NCBI GenBank assembly: GCA_040882225.1
Contig: JBBEBR010000011.1
Coordinates: 7,576-71,575 of the forward strand
Source of the DNA: Balneolaceae bacterium
GTDB taxonomy: Bacteria > Bacteroidota > Rhodothermia > Balneolales > Balneolaceae
Length of the DNA stretch: 64,000 nucleotides
Direction: 5' to 3'
The notes under the pieces were generated by a model. It was not told where the DNA came from. It saw nothing but the letters and a program-made list of their open reading frames with translations, and searched no databases. The position numbers were made by a program, and so were the translations under genes. Of the stretch, positions 37,618 through 46,119 are shown one piece after another (within the stretch, counting starts at the first letter, position 1; every line of letters begins with the position of its first letter).

Positions 37618-38727
37618 ATGTGGAATTGGCAACATAAAGATTGGCCGGAATTTGTATACGACCCGGAAGAGTTTTCGGGTTATGAAAACAAGTTCCTGCA
37701 AAAATCAGGAATCATGCTTGGTAGTATGAAGCATATTACCGAGGAAGATCAAGCTACGCTCAAGGTAAACCTGATAAGTGATGAAGCCTTCAAAACCTCT
37801 GAAATTGAAGGAGATATTTTGGACAGAGATTCTTTGCAATCCTCCATAAAGAAGCAGTTTGGTTTACAATCCGATAACCGAAAAATTTCTCCGGCCGAGC
37901 AGGGAGTGGCTGAAATGATGGTGGATGTGTACCAAAATTTCCAAACCCCGATTGACCTTGATTTGCTGTTTAATTGGCACCAGATGCTTATGAGTGGACG
38001 AAGAGATCTTCAAGTGATAGGAGGTTATCGTATCCACTCAGAACCAATGCAAGTGGTATCCGGCCCTGTTAACCGCCCAGCCGTTCATTTTGAAGCTCCG
38101 CCTTTCGAGAAAATTCCTGAAGAAATAGATCGTTTTATTGAGTGGTTTAACCGTACCCGGGCGGGTGGTCCCCAGGAATTGCCCGGTTTATTACGTTCCG
38201 GCATCGCCCATTTGTACTTCGAAAGTATTCACCCGTTTGAGGATGGGAACGGCCGCATAGGGAGAGGGATATCCGAAAAGGTATTATCCCAAAGCTTGGC
38301 CCGGCCAACACTAATTGCGATTTCCACAACCATCGAAGCCCATAAAAAAGCATATTATCTGGCTTTACACCGTGCTTCAGCGGGCCTGGAGATTTCGGAC
38401 TGGCTACACTATTTTTGCAAGATGGTATTGAATGCCCAAGATCGTACCCAAAGCATGATCGATTTCCTTATTGAGAAGGGGAAGTACTACCAAGCTTATA
38501 TGGACCAACTCAATGACCGTCAGGCTAAAGTTGTAGAACGGATGTTCAGGGAAGGTATTTCCGGTTTTGAAGGAGGACTAAGTGCGAAGAATTATCTTAG
38601 CATTACCGGAACCACAAGAGCAACGGCCACCAGAGATTTACAAAGCCTGGTTGAAATGGGGGCTTTCACCAGAACCGGTAAAAGAAAATATACGCGTTAT
38701 TTCCTGAATATTGACATGAATCGGTGA
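37618..38727 (+). CDS. Fic-family protein (DUF4172-type N-terminus, C-terminal HTH)
   Basis: MWNWQHKDWPEF start; HPFEDGNGRIGR Fic motif; SAKNYLSITGTTRATATRDLQSLV HTH-like C-terminus. Confidence 0.92.
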   Translation: MWNWQHKDWPEFVYDPEEFSGYENKFLQKSGIMLGSMKHITEEDQATLKVNLISDEAFKTSEIEGDILDRDSLQSSIKKQFGLQSDNRKISPAEQGVAEMMVDVYQNFQTPIDLDLLFNWHQMLMSGRRDLQVIGGYRIHSEPMQVVSGPVNRPAVHFEAPPFEKIPEEIDRFIEWFNRTRAGGPQELPGLLRSGIAHLYFESIHPFEDGNGRIGRGISEKVLSQSLARPTLIAISTTIEAHKKAYYLALHRASAGLEISDWLHYFCKMVLNAQDRTQSMIDFLIEKGKYYQAYMDQLNDRQAKVVERMFREGISGFEGGLSAKNYLSITGTTRATATRDLQSLVEMGAFTRTGKRKYTRYFLNIDMNR

Positions 38728-38796
38728 CGCATAATGGTGCAGAGGTTTAGCGATGTATTTTTGGTTGAAGTGAGATTATTGAAAGGCTTAAAAGAT

Positions 38797-38831
38797 TAAG
38801 AGGAGTGGGGGAGAATGTCTTAGGTGAATTT
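38797..38831. repeat. Direct repeat copy C (35-bp core), overlapping the wzx stop codon
   Basis: TAAGAGGAGTGGGGGAGAATGTCTTAGGTGAATTT, identical to 36727-36761 and 37428-37462. Confidence 0.95.
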
Positions 38832-40308
38832 ATAGCTTCAAATATTTAGCTGATATTTTTTTAACAGTGTGTTTAAATTCATCTGAAAGATCGAAAATCC
38901 ATATGATAGCCAAGTATAAAATAGCCATTATCGTAGAGCGGATAAAAGTATCCAGGTATATGTTTTCCAAATATGGTAACTGAAAAGAAAGTATTAGTAT
39001 TACAACTCCATTTACTATAATTCCAATAGTTTTCCAACTGAAGGGCTGCATCGAAAATTTTATCTGAACAAATACCAGTTTAATAATATTGTAAACCAGC
39101 ATAGAACAAGAAGTAGCTAATGCGGCACCAATAATTCCATAACGAGGAATAAGAAAAGCATTCATGGCAATGGAAAAAACGACAAGAAAAGAAGTAAATA
39201 GCATATCATGCTTATAATATTTGGAAGAAAGTATGATCTGTCCATTTGTTCCGCTTATCATATCAAAAAGATTAGCGGCACCTATCAGCAGGATTACAAT
39301 TCCTCCGGCAGCATATTCCTCCGGAAGCATAGCAAAGAGATTATCCATATTCGCCCATACCCCGATATAGAACAAAAAGCCCACCAAGAACATGTTAAGC
39401 GATGTCTGTTTATACATCTTACTCACACTTTTTAGGTCATTATTCTCCATATCCTTGGAAATAAGAGGAAATGAGATTTTAGAAATAGATCTTCTAGCTA
39501 CAGAGATCACAGTACCTACATAGAAAGCTATGGCATAAATTCCCGTTTGCTCCAGTCCTTTGTAGGCGCTCAGCATCAGGATATCAATATTACCCACTAA
39601 GATCATTGTGATTCTTCCGAAGAAAGAATAAAAACTGTAGGAACTAATTCTTTTCAGAATTGGCTTGTTAATTAGTTCCAATGGCAGGCTAAGATTCAGG
39701 TAATTCTTTTGAAAACTATAAATCAGCAGGATCAATAATATAAGGCCATAATTTCCGACAAAGATAAAGATAAAAGTGTCGAATGAGATGAAACCAAAAT
39801 ATACCAGAATCAGACTGATTACAATTACAATCCGTTGTAATACATCCTGAAGGAATGAGGCAAATACAGTATCCAACAAAGAACTGATATAACTTGATAA
39901 GACTGCAAAAAGAGCAGAAAAAAGGATCAATGGGATGATGAAATGATAATATAATCCTAATAGTGGGGAATCCTCATAAATATTAACTACGAAATCCTGA
40001 AACAGGAGGATGAAAATGCTTAGTAAAAGAAAGACAAAAACTACAGGGATTATAAAGAGCAGAAATAATCCTCTGGTATTTTCTGTATGCTGAATCAAAT
40101 ACGGAAATTGTTTAATAATGGTATTTGGTATTCCAATGCTGATTATTTGTGAACCCACAAACATAATGGCTAAAAGAGTTCTAGTGAGGCCAAATTCTTC
40201 AGCTCCTAAAATATTTGGAAATAACTGAACGGTAGAAATGAAACCAATTATAATTCCTAAATAAGAAATTACAGCGTTTCTGATACTTTGATTTATGATG
40301 ATTCCCAA
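38830..40308 (-). CDS. Oligosaccharide flippase (Wzx/MATE-like polysaccharide exporter)
   Basis: About 12-14 TM; MGIIINQSIRNAVISYLG, D..ML, GIYAIA, N..LIPRYGIIGAALAT. Confidence 0.88.
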   Translation of the reverse strand: MGIIINQSIRNAVISYLGIIIGFISTVQLFPNILGAEEFGLTRTLLAIMFVGSQIISIGIPNTIIKQFPYLIQHTENTRGLFLLFIIPVVFVFLLLSIFILLFQDFVVNIYEDSPLLGLYYHFIIPLILFSALFAVLSSYISSLLDTVFASFLQDVLQRIVIVISLILVYFGFISFDTFIFIFVGNYGLILLILLIYSFQKNYLNLSLPLELINKPILKRISSYSFYSFFGRITMILVGNIDILMLSAYKGLEQTGIYAIAFYVGTVISVARRSISKISFPLISKDMENNDLKSVSKMYKQTSLNMFLVGFLFYIGVWANMDNLFAMLPEEYAAGGIVILLIGAANLFDMISGTNGQIILSSKYYKHDMLFTSFLVVFSIAMNAFLIPRYGIIGAALATSCSMLVYNIIKLVFVQIKFSMQPFSWKTIGIIVNGVVILILSFQLPYLENIYLDTFIRSTIMAILYLAIIWIFDLSDEFKHTVKKISAKYLKL

Positions 40309-40443
40309 ATTCTGCCAGTCTCTAATACAATATTGTTATTGAAAAAAAATGATGATTTATGTCGGAGAGGTATAATTAAAGATAAAAATTACTATGTTTG
40401 ATTCACAGGAAGGTTGTATTAATATCAAACCCTCACGCTCTAC

Positions 40444-41520
40444 TTGCACCTGATAGTTCATATATCACCGAAAGGTATCTTTATTCATGATTTTATAGCT
40501 TTTGTTGAAAAGTATTTCAATAAGAGAGGACATAAATATTTTTTATATGTGAAAAAAGATGTTTTAGAGAAAGAAGTGAGAGATAATGAATATTTTATAA
40601 ACTATAGTTCAAAAATAATCAAATTTCAGTCTCTGCGAAATTTGATTAAAATGATTACGGAGATTAACAGGGCGGAAAAAGTAATACTACATGGTCTCAA
40701 TGAATCTCTCACTGTTCTTCTGCTACTATTTATGCCATGGAATTTAAAAAAATGTTATTGGTTTTCATGGGGAGCGGATATTTATAAATATCAACAAGAT
40801 GATCTTTCCCTTAAGCTGAGAATTTTATACATACTAAAAAGGATTGTAGTAAACCAACTTGGTTATATTGTTGTGACGATTGAGGGAGAGTACAAAAATA
40901 TAAAGAAATGGTTTGGTGCGCGGGGTAAATGGATAAGTAGTTTTAAGTACCCAAGCAATTTGTATAAAGATCAACCCGTAAATTATCAGTCTGTTGATGA
41001 CGGTGTGACCAGAATTTTACTGGGAAACTCTGCAAGTCCTTCCAATAATCATATGGAAGTTTTGGAGCGGATAAAGCAGACGATTCCGAAACATGCTGAA
41101 TATATCATCTATTGTCCGCTTTCCTATGGGGATGCTTCGAATGCAAAAAAAGTATGTGATAAAGGTCATTATTATTTTGGTGATCGATTTAAACCATTAA
41201 TAGATTTTATGCCTTTGGATGATTATTTAAACCTTTTGTTTAAAATTGATATCGCAATTTTTAATCATAATAGGCAGCAAGGGATGGGAAATATCATCAC
41301 ATTACTTGGTATGGGGAAAAAAGTATTCATAAGAGAAGATGTTACACCATGGGAATTTTTTAATGGATTAGATATAAATATTTTTTCGATTAATGATCTT
41401 GAATTCAAACCTCTAGACGAGGTATCTAAAGAGCAAAACTTAAAGGTAATCAGAAGCTATTTTTCAGTAGAAAGATTAAAAAATGAACTGAACAAAATTT
41501 TTCATTCACCTAATTTATGA
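40444..41520 (+). CDS. TDP-N-acetylfucosamine:lipid II N-acetylfucosaminyltransferase-like (WecF/RffT family)
   Basis: W.SWGADIY, ILLGNSASPSNNH, CPLSYGD, FMPLDDYLNLL...DIAIFNHNRQQGMGNIITLL.MGKKVF. Confidence 0.8.
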   Translation: MHLIVHISPKGIFIHDFIAFVEKYFNKRGHKYFLYVKKDVLEKEVRDNEYFINYSSKIIKFQSLRNLIKMITEINRAEKVILHGLNESLTVLLLLFMPWNLKKCYWFSWGADIYKYQQDDLSLKLRILYILKRIVVNQLGYIVVTIEGEYKNIKKWFGARGKWISSFKYPSNLYKDQPVNYQSVDDGVTRILLGNSASPSNNHMEVLERIKQTIPKHAEYIIYCPLSYGDASNAKKVCDKGHYYFGDRFKPLIDFMPLDDYLNLLFKIDIAIFNHNRQQGMGNIITLLGMGKKVFIREDVTPWEFFNGLDINIFSINDLEFKPLDEVSKEQNLKVIRSYFSVERLKNELNKIFHSPNL

Positions 41521-42641
41521 TACCATTCAATAAACAAAACCTTTTTGGGGATGAACTTGAATATATTAAAGATACCTACGCTTCTCGAAAAGTTGCCGGT
41601 GATGGTAAATACACCAAATGGTGTAATTCCTTTATTGAAAATAAATTCGGAACTAAAAAAGCTTTACTGACAACATCAGGCACGCATGCTCTTGAATTAG
41701 CCATGCTATTAATAGATCTTAAACCCGGTGATGAAGTAATTATCCCCTCTTATACTTTTGTATCTACAGCAAATGCCATTGTGTTGCGAGGAGCCACTCC
41801 TGTCTTTGTAGATATTAGAAAGGACACATTAAACATGAATGAAAAATTAATTGAAGAGAAAATTTCAGAGAGAACGAAAGCAATACTACCTGTTCATTAT
41901 GCAGGCGTTTCATGTGAGATGGATTCAATAAATAATATTGCTGAAAAATATAATTTGTTTGTTATCGAAGATGCGGCTCAGGGTGTGAATGCCAAATACA
42001 AAGACCGGTATTTAGGAACATTGGGCCATTTTGGATGCTACAGTTTTCATGAAACCAAAAACTATAGTATGGGTGAGGGTGGGGCCATTTTAATTAATGA
42101 CGAACGATTTATAGAACGAGCAGAAATCCTTCGTGAAAAAGGAACCAATAGGGCAAAATTTTTTCGAGGTGAAGTGGATAAATATACTTGGGTTGATATT
42201 GGATCAAGCTTTTTGCCTTCAGATATCAATGCCGCCATACTCAGAGCTCAATTTGAACATCTCGATCAGATTCAAAAAAAGAGAACCTCTATATTTGATT
42301 TTTATTATAAAGCTCTGAAACCACTTCATGATTCAGGAATGATTCGTCTTCCCATTATACCCGACAATTGTTCTTCAAATGCACATATGTTCTATATTCT
42401 TGCTAAAGATATGGAGGAAAGAACAAGACTGATCAGTCATCTTAAGGAATCAGGAATTTTAGCTGTCTTTCACTATGTTCCGCTCCATTCAAGCGAATTT
42501 GCCCGAAGTCAATTCGGTAATATAAAACTTCCGGTAACGGAAGAATTATCGCAGAGATTGGTTCGATTACCTATGTATTATGATCTAGAAATGAAGGAAG
42601 TCGATGCTGTTATTCATGCCATTAATTCCTTTTATAACTAA
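41517..42641 (+). CDS. rffA: dTDP-4-amino-4,6-dideoxygalactose transaminase
   Basis: MIPFNK, GDGKYTKWC, LTTSGTHALE, VIEDAAQ, SFHETKNYSMGEGG, EKGTNR..FFRGEVDKYTWVDIGSS, VFHYVPLHSS. Confidence 0.93.
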   Translation: MIPFNKQNLFGDELEYIKDTYASRKVAGDGKYTKWCNSFIENKFGTKKALLTTSGTHALELAMLLIDLKPGDEVIIPSYTFVSTANAIVLRGATPVFVDIRKDTLNMNEKLIEEKISERTKAILPVHYAGVSCEMDSINNIAEKYNLFVIEDAAQGVNAKYKDRYLGTLGHFGCYSFHETKNYSMGEGGAILINDERFIERAEILREKGTNRAKFFRGEVDKYTWVDIGSSFLPSDINAAILRAQFEHLDQIQKKRTSIFDFYYKALKPLHDSGMIRLPIIPDNCSSNAHMFYILAKDMEERTRLISHLKESGILAVFHYVPLHSSEFARSQFGNIKLPVTEELSQRLVRLPMYYDLEMKEVDAVIHAINSFYN

Positions 42642-42692
42642 TAATTATTGTATCTGAGTATCACAATTGAAATCTTATTTAATTAAAACAGT

Positions 42693-43178
42693 ATGATATC
42701 AAGTAAAGCGAAAATTGGTAAAAACACTGATATCCATCCTTTAGCATATATAGAAGATGGAGTTGAAGTTGGAGATAATACTAAAATAGGTCCATTTTGC
42801 ATTGTCCGAGAAGGGGCAAAGATAGGTGAAAATTGCAAGTTTACCGCCTATTGTGAAATAAGGGAAAATGTGATGATTGGAGATAACACATCATTTGGCA
42901 GTAGGTGTACAATATCGGCTAATGCTACTATTGGAAAAGGCGTGACAATTAAATATGGATTTGTATTAACTGATACTCCAGATCTTAAACATGGCGATGT
43001 AAAAGTAGTTAAAGGAGTTGGTGACGGTGCGATGATCGGTGCTAATGTAACTTTAATGCCCGGTTTCTTTATCGGTAAAAATGTAATAATAGGAGCATGT
43101 TCACAAGTTCGCTCTAATGTATCCGATAATGAAATTTGGTATGGAAATCCTGCAAAATTTTTTAAAATAAATAAATGA
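42693..43178 (+). CDS. Hexapeptide-repeat (left-handed beta-helix) acyltransferase
   Basis: IGKNTDIHPLAYI, VGDNTKIGPFCIV, IGENC, IGANVTL, YGNPAK. Confidence 0.8.
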   Translation: MISSKAKIGKNTDIHPLAYIEDGVEVGDNTKIGPFCIVREGAKIGENCKFTAYCEIRENVMIGDNTSFGSRCTISANATIGKGVTIKYGFVLTDTPDLKHGDVKVVKGVGDGAMIGANVTLMPGFFIGKNVIIGACSQVRSNVSDNEIWYGNPAKFFKINK

Positions 43179-43852
43179 AAATAAATGAATGGATGTCAAA
43201 TTTCTACGGAATGCCTTGGTTGGAAATAGAAGATGAGAATGATGCCATAGAAGATCAAAAAAAATGTCTACTGGAATGGAGAGTACCAGTACAAAATATT
43301 TCTTCTTTTTTTTCGGCTCAGGAAAAAAATTTTGATTTGGTAGAAAGTTCTATTCTTTTTGAAACAAAAGTTAAAGGATTACCTGTTGAGTTTCCTGAAA
43401 TTTCATTGGCTACAGATGATGATTTGGATGAAATGCTTCAAATCACACACAAGTGTATGATTAGAAATGAAATGGTATATACTCGTTTTAAAAACTCAAG
43501 ATATTTCACTATTGAACAATGTGATGAATATTATCAATTGTCTGTAAAGAATAATTTCTTTGATAAAAAAACAGTTTCTGTTGTTTCAAGAGATAATTAT
43601 GGAATTAATGGTTTTTATATGCTCAAAGAAGTAAATGGAAATGTTTTTAAAGGAGTCATGACTGGAGTGTTGCCTCATGCACGGGGAAAACGATTGCATA
43701 TTAAAATGCAACAATTTTCATTTGCATTTATTGACCGTAGCATTACAGTAATAAATTCCACGCAACTAAATAATTTTAATGTTATAAAAAATCATATGAA
43801 AGAAGGCCGAAACATTTCAAAAATTGAGTATATTTTTTATCTAAAAAAATAG
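43175..43852 (+). CDS. Hypothetical protein, possible GNAT-fold WecD/RffC-like acetyltransferase
   Basis: TGVLPHARGK acetyl-CoA-loop-like segment, C-terminal STQLNN...Y..Y pattern, position after rffA. Confidence 0.45.
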   Translation: MKINEWMSNFYGMPWLEIEDENDAIEDQKKCLLEWRVPVQNISSFFSAQEKNFDLVESSILFETKVKGLPVEFPEISLATDDDLDEMLQITHKCMIRNEMVYTRFKNSRYFTIEQCDEYYQLSVKNNFFDKKTVSVVSRDNYGINGFYMLKEVNGNVFKGVMTGVLPHARGKRLHIKMQQFSFAFIDRSITVINSTQLNNFNVIKNHMKEGRNISKIEYIFYLKK

Positions 43853-43949
43853 AAATAGACCTCACTCATTGTTGCGGTATATATAGAATAAATATTCATG
43901 TCCTTTCCACCAAAATGATAAAGATTATCGGCTTGAATAAACGCTCGTT

Positions 43950-44780
43950 TTAGTAGTGTTTATTTTTGTGAGGCACATTTAATTTTTCCCCTTTTATTTT
44001 TAGTGAAAACTTCTTGTTTGGAAAGCTTGGAAATTTAGTAAAATGTACCGGTAGCTCTATATTCTCTATGTAAACAGCACACATGGTGTTTGATACATGA
44101 TATAAGTTTTTGTGTTTATCTTTAGGAATTCCATCTAAAATTGCTTTCAAAGTGGTATAACGAGTATTTTCAGTATGGAAGCCATAGTCATGCCATACGA
44201 TTACTGCGCTATTGCTTTTTCTTAAAGGGAATACTTTTTTAGTGTCGCTTAATACACCTTCATAGGTATGATCCCCATCTACAAATATGAGATCAAATTT
44301 CTTGTCAAGTTGATTGAAATCATATGTGTGAGAATTCGCTTCAATTCTTTTTATTTTATTTATATGGTTTGAAAATACCCCATGAACTTTGATGAATTCT
44401 TCTCCAAAATTTAATTGTTTCATTTCATCACTAGACAATGTTAATGATGTACAATCTTCAGTAACATTCGAAACATTAACCAAGCTCTCTCCCCTCCAAC
44501 TACCTATTTCTAAATAGGCACATTTACTAATCTTTTTTGCCAATGATTTAAGCAAAACTAAATCGGTTATAAGGGATGTACCTTGTAAAAAACTATAAGA
44601 ATCTATTTCTTCATCCAAACCTGGAAACAAGTCTAAAATGTTAATTGAAGGTAGTTGTTCAATGTTATATTTAGCAATGAGCTTTTTTTTAAAATAAACT
44701 TGTTCTCGAACCCTTACGCCCTCCAATAGAACTGCGATTGGGTTTTGAAGTAATACTTTTAGCCCTAGTTTCTTATTCAT
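43950..44780 (-). CDS. Class I SAM-dependent methyltransferase (Methyltransf_24-like)
   Basis: YLEIGSWRGES, FDLIFVDGDHTYEGV, IVWHDY. Confidence 0.85.
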   Translation of the reverse strand: MNKKLGLKVLLQNPIAVLLEGVRVREQVYFKKKLIAKYNIEQLPSINILDLFPGLDEEIDSYSFLQGTSLITDLVLLKSLAKKISKCAYLEIGSWRGESLVNVSNVTEDCTSLTLSSDEMKQLNFGEEFIKVHGVFSNHINKIKRIEANSHTYDFNQLDKKFDLIFVDGDHTYEGVLSDTKKVFPLRKSNSAVIVWHDYGFHTENTRYTTLKAILDGIPKDKHKNLYHVSNTMCAVYIENIELPVHFTKFPSFPNKKFSLKIKGEKLNVPHKNKHY

Positions 44781-44907
44781 TCAAAATGTATTTATTGTTT
44801 AAATATATTATGCTTAATAATATCATAAATAGATAGAAAATATTTAAAGAACGTAAGGAAATATAAATAATGACGGTTGCGATTACTAAAACAGTGAATT
44901 GTAATCT

Positions 44908-45052
44908 CTAAAAAAGAGCTCCTTTAAATTCTTTTGCCCATTTCTGATATTCAATTTCCTTTTCATCCAGACTTTATTTTAGCAACGATTTAGCTTCATG
45001 TTCTACCCTAATATCCGGGGAAATTTCTTTCAAGGACCATCAAAATTTTCAT
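44908..45052 (-). pseudogene. Frameshifted, truncated GT4-like glycosyltransferase remnant
   Basis: ATG overlaps the wecB stop (ATGA). Reads MKILMVLERNFP, then a frameshift in a C4 run, then PDIRVEHEAKSLLK*, then SLDEKEIEYQKWAKEFKGALF*. Confidence 0.6.
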
Positions 45053-46119
45053 GGCTGTTCCAGTTTGATGAGGATCTCAGTAATTTTTTTCGCAGCATTT
45101 CCCTCTCCATACAATGGCTTCCATATACTAATACTATCAGATTTTTCAACTGCAGAAATTATTTTCTTCTCATCCGCCCCCGCCAAAATATTCCAGCCAC
45201 CTTCAAGCGTCTCTACCCATTCAGTTTCTTCACGAATGGTAATACATAGTTTTTTCATCCAATACGCTTCTTTCTGAAGCCCTCCGGAGTCTGTTATTAC
45301 CTTAGAACAATTTTTCAATAAAATAAGCATCTTGAAATAGGAAACTGGATCAATCAGGTGTAGATTTTCAGGAATAATAAGGTCTTTTAATTTACTTTTA
45401 TTTCTTGGATGAACCGGCCAAAGTACAGGCTGATTTAATTTTCCAAAGGCACTAATGATGGATTTTAAATTATCAGGATCATCTGTATTGGACGGACGAT
45501 GAATAGTGGCAAGAATGAATTCGCCTGTTTTTAAGTGAGTAACATCAGCCAATGTATATTTTCGATCTGCGATCTCTGAAAAGGTCAAAACGGCATTATA
45601 CATCACATCGCCAGCATTAAATACATTTTTGGTAATTCCTTCTTTTTTTAGCTGTTCAACTCCTTTCAATGATGAACAAAAAAGAAGATCCGAAGCGTGA
45701 TCAGTAAGTATTCGATTAATTTCCTCAGGCATTTCCCTGTTAAAACTTCTTAGTCCTGCTTCAATATGTACAACCGGGATATGCAGCTTTGATGCCACGA
45801 TAGCGCCTGATAGTGTAGAATTTGTATCACCGTAAACAAGAACGGCATCAGGATACTTATCGAGATCCATGATATATTCTTCAAGCTTTTGCATGATCAA
45901 GCCCATCTGCATACCATGATTTCCTGATCCCACCTCCAAATTCACAGAAGGCGCCGGAAGTCCAAGCTCTTCCCAAAAAACAGTACTCATTTCATGGTCA
46001 TAATGCTGACCTGTATGAACGATTCGTTCACTAATTCCAGCTTCAGCCATGGCCTTAGAAACAACTGCCGCTTTCACAAATTGAGGGCGGGCGCCAACAA
46101 TGGTTAAAATGGTTTTCAT
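45049..46119 (-). CDS. wecB: UDP-N-acetylglucosamine 2-epimerase (non-hydrolysing)
   Basis: IVGARPQFVK, HTGQHYD, VYGDTNSTL, HIEAGLRSF, MPEEINR, TDSGGLQKEAY, YGEGNAA. Confidence 0.93.
   Translation of the reverse strand: MKTILTIVGARPQFVKAAVVSKAMAEAGISERIVHTGQHYDHEMSTVFWEELGLPAPSVNLEVGSGNHGMQMGLIMQKLEEYIMDLDKYPDAVLVYGDTNSTLSGAIVASKLHIPVVHIEAGLRSFNREMPEEINRILTDHASDLLFCSSLKGVEQLKKEGITKNVFNAGDVMYNAVLTFSEIADRKYTLADVTHLKTGEFILATIHRPSNTDDPDNLKSIISAFGKLNQPVLWPVHPRNKSKLKDLIIPENLHLIDPVSYFKMLILLKNCSKVITDSGGLQKEAYWMKKLCITIREETEWVETLEGGWNILAGADEKKIISAVEKSDSISIWKPLYGEGNAAKKITEILIKLEQP

Noticed and set aside
36727-38831. CRISPR array interpretation of the three 35-bp repeats
   Set aside because: Spacers are 666 and 1334 bp and contain whole genes; there are no cas genes.
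36727-38831. Integron attC interpretation of the repeats
   Set aside because: ACCTAAG on the minus strand only approximates RYYYAAC. There is no matching GTTRRRY end, no long imperfect palindrome and no intI.
41494-41513. ATTCACCTAA near the wecF-like 3' end matches 10 nt of the reverse-complemented repeat
   Set aside because: A 10-nt AT-rich match is expected by chance, and the flanks do not match.
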